Source: an uncultured Phycisphaeraceae bacterium
GTDB taxonomy: Bacteria > Planctomycetota > Phycisphaerae > Phycisphaerales > UBA1924
Reading direction: 5' to 3'
Length of the DNA: 64,000 nt
Assembly: GCA_964615815.1 (NCBI GenBank)
Contig: CAZTQV010000013.1
Span: 50,359-114,358 of the forward strand
Under the pieces are notes generated by a model, which did no database searches, was not told where the DNA came from, and saw nothing but the letters and a program-made list of their open reading frames with translations. Below are positions 58,986-64,000 of the stretch, in pieces (position 1 is the stretch's first letter; the number at the start of each line of letters is the position of its first letter). The position numbers and the translations under genes were made by a program.

Positions 58986-60545
58986 ATGACCGACGCCACC
59001 TCCGCCCCCGCCTTCAGTGAGCCCATCGCCGCCCTCCGCGATCACCTGCTCGAGATCCAGAAGCTCAGCAGCATCGCGCAGCTCGTCAGCTGGGACCAGG
59101 AAACCTACATGCCCTCCCGGGCCGCCGGCTTCCGCGCCGAAGAGTCGGCCCTCCTCAGCACCCTCATGCACGAACGCAAGACCAGCACTCGCGCCGCCGA
59201 GCTCCTCGACGCCGCCGAGGGCTCCGCCCAGGCCAAAGACGACGACCGCATCGCCGCGATGATCCGCGAGGCCCGCCGCGACTACGAGAAGGCCAGCAAG
59301 CTCCCCGGCTCCCTCGTCAGCGAACTCGCCGAAACCGGCAGCCGCGCCCAGGAAGCCTGGAAGTCCGCCCGCAAGAGCAACGACTTCAAGGCCTTCCAGC
59401 CTTGGCTCGAGAAGATGATGACCCTCACCCGCCGCAAGGCCGAGTGCTACGGCGTCCCCGAGGGCGGAGAGCTCTACGACGCCTTGCTGGATGAGTACGA
59501 GCCCAACGCCCGCGCCGCCGAGATCGAGGCCGTCTTCAACCCCCTCGCCGACCGACTCAGCACCCTCGTCGCCGACCTGCTCGACAACGGCACACCCCCC
59601 GACGAGTCCCCCTGCAAGGTCAACATCCCGGAAGCCGCCCAGCACGCCCTGGGCCTCCGCGTCATCGAGGCCCTCGGCTTCGATATGCCGGGCGGCCGAC
59701 TCGATGTGACCACCCACCCCTTCTGCTCAGGAATCGCGCCGGGCGACACACGACTCACCACCCGCTACCGCGAAGACAGCTTCACCGACGCCCTCTACGG
59801 CACCATGCACGAGTGCGGCCACGGCCTCTACGAGCAGGGCCTCCCCAAGCTGGGTGCCGACGGCGAACGCACCGCCTGGTACGGCACGCCACTCGCCGAC
59901 TCGGTCAGCCTCGGCATCCACGAAAGCCAGAGCCGCATGTGGGAGAACCTGCTGGGCCGCTCCCGCCCCTTCTGGCGCTGGGCCAAGCCCATCGTCGACC
60001 AGCTCTTCAACAACGCCCACGCCGAGTTCGACGCCGAGGCCCTCTACCACGCCTGCAACACCGTCGAGCGCAGCTACATCCGCGTCGAAGCCGACGAAGC
60101 CACTTACAACCTCCATGTCATGCTCCGCTTCGGCATCGAGCGCGCCCTCATCAAGGGCGACCTCGCCGTCAAGGACCTCCCCGGCGTCTGGAACGAACGC
60201 TTCGAGAAACTCCTCGGCGTCCAGGTCCCCGACGACACCCGCGGCTGCCTCCAGGATGTCCACTGGAGCTTCGGTCTCATCGGCTACTTCCCCACCTACA
60301 CACTCGGCAACCTCTACAGCGCCCAGTTCTGGGAAGCCATCAACGAGACCTACCCCGACCTCGACACCCGCCTCGCCAAGGGAGACTTCGCCCCCGTCCT
60401 CGACTGGAACCGCGAACACATCCACCAGCACGGCCGCCGCTACACCGCCGCCGAACTCTGCGAACGAGCCACCGGCAAACCCCTGAGCCCCGACCCCCTC
60501 CTCCGCCACCTCGAAGGCAAGTACCGAGCCATCTACGGCCTTTAA
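58986..60545 (+). CDS. M32 family carboxypeptidase (Taq-type metallocarboxypeptidase).
   Basis: HEXXH zinc motif HECGHGLYEQG. M32 blocks DSVSLGIHESQSRMWEN and GYFPTYTLGNLYSAQ. Confidence 0.9.
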   Translation: MTDATSAPAFSEPIAALRDHLLEIQKLSSIAQLVSWDQETYMPSRAAGFRAEESALLSTLMHERKTSTRAAELLDAAEGSAQAKDDDRIAAMIREARRDYEKASKLPGSLVSELAETGSRAQEAWKSARKSNDFKAFQPWLEKMMTLTRRKAECYGVPEGGELYDALLDEYEPNARAAEIEAVFNPLADRLSTLVADLLDNGTPPDESPCKVNIPEAAQHALGLRVIEALGFDMPGGRLDVTTHPFCSGIAPGDTRLTTRYREDSFTDALYGTMHECGHGLYEQGLPKLGADGERTAWYGTPLADSVSLGIHESQSRMWENLLGRSRPFWRWAKPIVDQLFNNAHAEFDAEALYHACNTVERSYIRVEADEATYNLHVMLRFGIERALIKGDLAVKDLPGVWNERFEKLLGVQVPDDTRGCLQDVHWSFGLIGYFPTYTLGNLYSAQFWEAINETYPDLDTRLAKGDFAPVLDWNREHIHQHGRRYTAAELCERATGKPLSPDPLLRHLEGKYRAIYGL

Positions 60546-60937
60546 ACGCTCCCCGGTAGGACGGGCTTCCAGCCCGTCTCCCCCTAAGCAAACCACCCAC
60601 ATCTGACCCAGGTCCGCAAACCCCCACCCCACCCGCGTAGCCCGGAGGGCCGCCCAACGCTTCCATCCCGTCCCCGCCCCCCGTTTCCGTTGGGGCAAAC
60701 CGGGGTCGATGAGGTACCCTGAGTGTTCTCCGGGGGACGAGGCGCAGCAGGGGGCCGATTCTGAGCCGGGCCGCGGACAGTTCCGACCAGGGCTTCGAGG
60801 CACACGCCCCGCCCGCCGTCCTGCGCACACCCGGCTCCGGCTACGGCGCCGCCGAAACACCCGCCGACCTCCTCGCCGAAGCCGAACGCGCCGTCAAGGA
60901 CCGCTACCGCATCGAGCACCTCGCCGGCGCCGGCGGC

Positions 60938-63118
60938 ATGAGCCGCGTCTTCAGCGCCCGCGAAGCCGGCACCGGTCGCCGCGTCGCCATCAAGCTCCTC
61001 CGCGTCCGCGACCCCTCCCCCCGCCTCGACCCCACCCTCCGCCTGCACCACCGCCTGGTCAACGAGGCCCGCTCCATGAGCCGCCTCGACCACAAACACC
61101 TCTGCAAGGTCCTCGATGTCTCCATCCAGGGCGACATCCCCTACCTCGTCATGGAATGGGCCGACGGCGTCGACCTCCGCGCCGCCTGGCAAGACCAGGA
61201 CCGCCGAAACCGACTCGCCCTCTTCTTAAAGGTCGTCGACGCCATCGCCGCCGCCCACCACGAGGGCGTCGTCCATGGAGACTTGAAGCCCGACAACATC
61301 CTCGTCAACCGCCGAGGCGAGCCCACCATCGTCGACTTCGGACTCGCCCGCTCCGAACGCGACGGACCCATGGGCCTCGCCGGCCCCGGCGGCACCCCCG
61401 GCTACGCACCCCCCGAGTCCTTCGAAACCGGCGCCCCCATCGCCCCCGCCACCGATGTCTTCAGCCTGGGCGTCCTCCTCTTCGAGCTCCTCACCGACCA
61501 GACCCCCTGGCCCGACGACCTCGCCCCCGCCATCCTCGTCGAGCAGATGAAGCGCTCCGACCCACCCCTCCCCGAGCAATTCCGCCCCGACACACCCGCC
61601 GACCTCCAACGCATCTGCCTCGCCGCCCTCGAACGCGAACCCGCCCGCCGCTACGCCTCCGCCGAGGAAATGGCCGCCGACCTCCGCCGCTCACTCCGCC
61701 GCGAAGGCGTCCTCGCACGCCCCTCCGTCCTCGTCCGCCGCTTCGACGCCCAGGTCCGCCGCACCATCGAAGCCACCCGCGAATGGCTCCGCCTCGGCCT
61801 CATTAGCCCCGAAGCCGCCGGCCAGATGCTCACCCGCCTCAACGCCATGGAGCGAGCCGAAAGCCCCTGGGTCGCCGACGCACGCAAAGCCACCTGGACC
61901 GCCGCCTCACTCCAAACCGGCGGCACCCTCATCGTCCTGGGCCTCGTCGCAGGCCTCGGCCTCTCCGGCCCCTTTGCCGGCTCCGCCCTCGCCCTCGCCC
62001 TCGTCTGGACCCTCGCCCTGGGCCTCACAGCCCTCGGCGTCCGCCTCGTCCGCCGTCAAGAACAACGCATCGGCTCCGCGCTGCTCTGGGCCGCCCTCCT
62101 CGCCGCACCCGCCGCCGCATGGCTCACCGTCGACCGCGCCCTCGGCCTGGGAGGCCAACCCGCCCTCCCCGCCAGCGCCATGCGATGGCTCTCCGGCCTC
62201 ATCGGCGGAAACCCCGTCCTCGGCCCCACCGACGCACAACTCGCCGCCATCTCCCTCGCCGGACTCATCGCCGCCCTCATCGCCCGCTGGGCCGCCCGCT
62301 CCAGCGCCTTCACCCTCGCCGCCGTCGCCTTCGCCTTCACAGGATGGATGTCCCTCTCCGAAGCCGTCCACGCCGCGCCCGGCGTCATGGTCCTCGCCTT
62401 CGGCGTCGCCCTCATCGGCCTCGGCCTCAGCCTCGACTGGGAAGAACAACGCGCCGACGAACGCGTCGGCGCCGCCCGCGGCCGCCCAAGAGACGCCCGA
62501 ATGGTCCTGGGCGTCGCCGCCCTCGCCACCCTCGCCGGCTCACTCGTCTGGCCCGCCGTCCTGCCAGAGGTCCTCTTCGGCCCCGCCGCCCAAACCCCCA
62601 CCCCCCAAGGCGCCAACCTCAGCGCCTGGGGCGCCGGCCTCCTCCTCGGCGCCATCGCCCCCGCCCTCCTCAGCTTCATCTGCGCCCAGAGAGCCACCCC
62701 CATCCGCGCCCGCGTCGCCTCCCTCGCCCGCTGGCAGGCCGCCACCCAGACCATCCTCGCCCTCGCCCTCCTCGAACTCGGCGCCGCCCTCGGCACCCCC
62801 ATCGCCGACCCACTCCTCTGGTTCGCCGCCCTCCTCGCCGCCTCCGCCCTCGCCGTCTACATCGGCGTCCGCCTCAAATGGCGAGGCGTCCTCTTCGCCG
62901 GCCAACTCGGCCTCGCCGTCTGGACCGTCCGCCTCTTCGCCAGAGCCAACGGCCCCGCCGAAACCGCCGCCCTCGCCGCCACCATCATCACCCTGGGCCT
63001 CGCCCTGATGCTGGTAGCCTGGCAAGCCCCCGCCTGGCGAGAACGAGCCAAACTCCGCCGCTGGGCCAAACGAAGAAAAGAAAGCGGCGAAGGCTGGAGC
63101 TCCAAGAGCTGGGGCTAA
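60938..63118 (+). CDS. Ser/Thr protein kinase with a C-terminal polytopic membrane domain. Conserved coding clearly extends upstream of the first ATG, to about 60713.
   Basis: Kinase motifs HGDLKPDNILV, DFGLA and GTPGYAPPE. 8 or more C-terminal TM helices. Upstream in-frame sequence encodes KDRYRIEHLAGAGG (beta1 strand / G-loop), but it contains no ATG, GTG or TTG back to the in-frame TGA at 60710-60712. Confidence 0.8.
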   Translation: MSRVFSAREAGTGRRVAIKLLRVRDPSPRLDPTLRLHHRLVNEARSMSRLDHKHLCKVLDVSIQGDIPYLVMEWADGVDLRAAWQDQDRRNRLALFLKVVDAIAAAHHEGVVHGDLKPDNILVNRRGEPTIVDFGLARSERDGPMGLAGPGGTPGYAPPESFETGAPIAPATDVFSLGVLLFELLTDQTPWPDDLAPAILVEQMKRSDPPLPEQFRPDTPADLQRICLAALEREPARRYASAEEMAADLRRSLRREGVLARPSVLVRRFDAQVRRTIEATREWLRLGLISPEAAGQMLTRLNAMERAESPWVADARKATWTAASLQTGGTLIVLGLVAGLGLSGPFAGSALALALVWTLALGLTALGVRLVRRQEQRIGSALLWAALLAAPAAAWLTVDRALGLGGQPALPASAMRWLSGLIGGNPVLGPTDAQLAAISLAGLIAALIARWAARSSAFTLAAVAFAFTGWMSLSEAVHAAPGVMVLAFGVALIGLGLSLDWEEQRADERVGAARGRPRDARMVLGVAALATLAGSLVWPAVLPEVLFGPAAQTPTPQGANLSAWGAGLLLGAIAPALLSFICAQRATPIRARVASLARWQAATQTILALALLELGAALGTPIADPLLWFAALLAASALAVYIGVRLKWRGVLFAGQLGLAVWTVRLFARANGPAETAALAATIITLGLALMLVAWQAPAWRERAKLRRWAKRRKESGEGWSSKSWG

Positions 63119-63540
63119 CGGTCCGCCGACGACCACCGCACCATACCTCTTCGGTGGGATGGCCTTCTAGGCCGTCCGCGCCGCCTATCTCCTCCCCCGC
63201 CGCCGAAGGGTGGGGCGGGGGAGGTGGCATCGCGCAGCGATGACGGACGGGGTAAAGAACAACAAAGCGCAGCGCTTCCTCTGCCTAATTCTCCTCCCAA
63301 GCGCAGCGCCTCCCCCACCTTTCCAAGCCTCGTCACTCACCAACCGCCCATCATTACCACAAGCCACCGCCAAACCGAAGACAATCGGGTGCCGCGGCCG
63401 ATCTGGCCATGCGGATCAGCCCTCGCTGGGGTCTACGACAGCTCGCCGCAAGACTCTGAATACTTCCAGCAACACGCTACAACTCTGTCAGTGCCATGCC
63501 TTTAAAGCCAGCAGAATGCAATCGTGCCATCACCATGTAA

Positions 63541-63774
63541 TTACCTCACTCGCCGACAGGTCCACAAAACGCTGCGGAGATAAACGAACGCCTCTTCGAC
63601 AGAACGATGCCTCACTTCCATGTGACGCCGACCGCGCTCAAATGTAAACACAAACCAATATGGCGGCTCCTCAACAAGACATACGGCGCCCTCTTTTTCA
63701 CCCCCGAAGCTATATAGGTATTCTGCAAAACCTTCTTCGGATAATAATCTCTCCATTTCATCATATTGCATCAT
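63541..63774 (-). CDS. Hypothetical small protein encoded in an AT-rich (foreign-like) segment.
   Basis: The 77-aa ORF has A/T-rich codon usage unlike the rest of the window. No recognisable domain. Local GC drops to about 45-50% over 63500-63800. Confidence 0.25.
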   Translation of the reverse strand: MMQYDEMERLLSEEGFAEYLYSFGGEKEGAVCLVEEPPYWFVFTFERGRRHMEVRHRSVEEAFVYLRSVLWTCRRVR

Positions 63775-64000
63775 TATAGTTCTCTAGCGATAAGTTTGAT
63801 CGCGCCGCATTCTATCCATTCCTGAATGGACTTGGTAGCCCTCCGTTGCATCGCATTCCCGGCTTGGCTAAACGCCCTAGCCGTCAGCGAGCAGTAGAGC
63901 TCTACCGGCCGCACTCCGGTCGCCTCAAACATACAGCGGCCGGGTGCCGTTGTCGATCCGGCTCAGCGGGTCGGCCACGACCAAGCAAACCCCACACGCC

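Noticed and set aside
60709-61806. 365-aa plus-strand ORF upstream of and overlapping the kinase gene
   Set aside because: A different frame from the kinase. Arg/Pro-rich artefact. The kinase frame has the conserved motifs.

Overview
This 64 kb window has about 70% GC and looks like chromosomal DNA from a Planctomycetota / Phycisphaerae-like bacterium. Three observations support that placement. (i) Many periplasmic Gfo/Idh/MocA oxidoreductases carry Tat (twin-arginine) signals. (ii) There are two FHA-fused GspE/PilB ATPases and one GspF. (iii) Three PEP-CTERM-like proteins are present. Gene density is high, and the ORF track contains many long Arg/Pro-rich reading frames on the opposite strand or in the wrong frame of real genes. 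These are artefacts of GC-rich codon usage and I ignored them.

Real content in window order:
- A Spondin_N-domain secreted protein that runs off the 5' edge and is absent from the ORF track.
- A GH16 beta-glucanase, an ApbE flavin transferase and a formylglycine-generating-enzyme (FGE) protein.
- Two tandem pairs of a Tat-exported Gfo/Idh/MocA dehydrogenase followed by a xylose-isomerase-like TIM-barrel protein.
- A MarR regulator transcribed divergently from a glycine-betaine-by-methylation operon (GSMT, SDMT, BCCT transporter).
- Two tandem paralogous giant secreted proteins of about 1000 aa built from about 100-aa repeats.
- The methylmalonyl-CoA mutase operon mutA-mutB-meaB.
- A large GAF/PAS hybrid histidine kinase.
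- Three small secreted proteins with a PxPG variant of the PEP-CTERM sorting tail, and serS.
- An FHA-GspE ATPase.
- A putative operon of GspF, a catalytically degenerate diaminopimelate-decarboxylase-like protein, and an alpha/beta-hydrolase / multi-TM / ATP-grasp fusion.
- tdh, followed by a roughly 2.3 kb lower-GC islet. The islet holds three orphan ORFs, each followed by a copy of a structured repeat of about 100 bp.
- An Hsp70 gene whose 3' end carries a perfect 27-bp inverted repeat plus 31-bp tandem repeats.
- A TlpA-like thioredoxin, and rlmN bracketed by an unusual A-rich CCAAA motif.
- A flotillin gene followed by two tandem membrane-PH-like paralogs.
- asnS, a highly acidic low-complexity membrane protein, rsmE, a squalene-cyclase-repeat protein and an M32 carboxypeptidase.
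- A Ser/Thr kinase with a C-terminal polytopic domain but no canonical start codon ahead of its conserved N-terminus.
- A terminal low-GC segment with one AT-rich small ORF.

No rRNA, tRNA or CRISPR array was seen.

The most interesting new signal is a conserved C-terminal module of about 55 aa, a tandem FADISxFLxAF motif that is often Cys-bracketed. Four otherwise unrelated secreted proteins share it: the GH16 enzyme, both giant repeat proteins and a 291-aa protein. It behaves like an undescribed dockerin-like anchoring or sorting tag.
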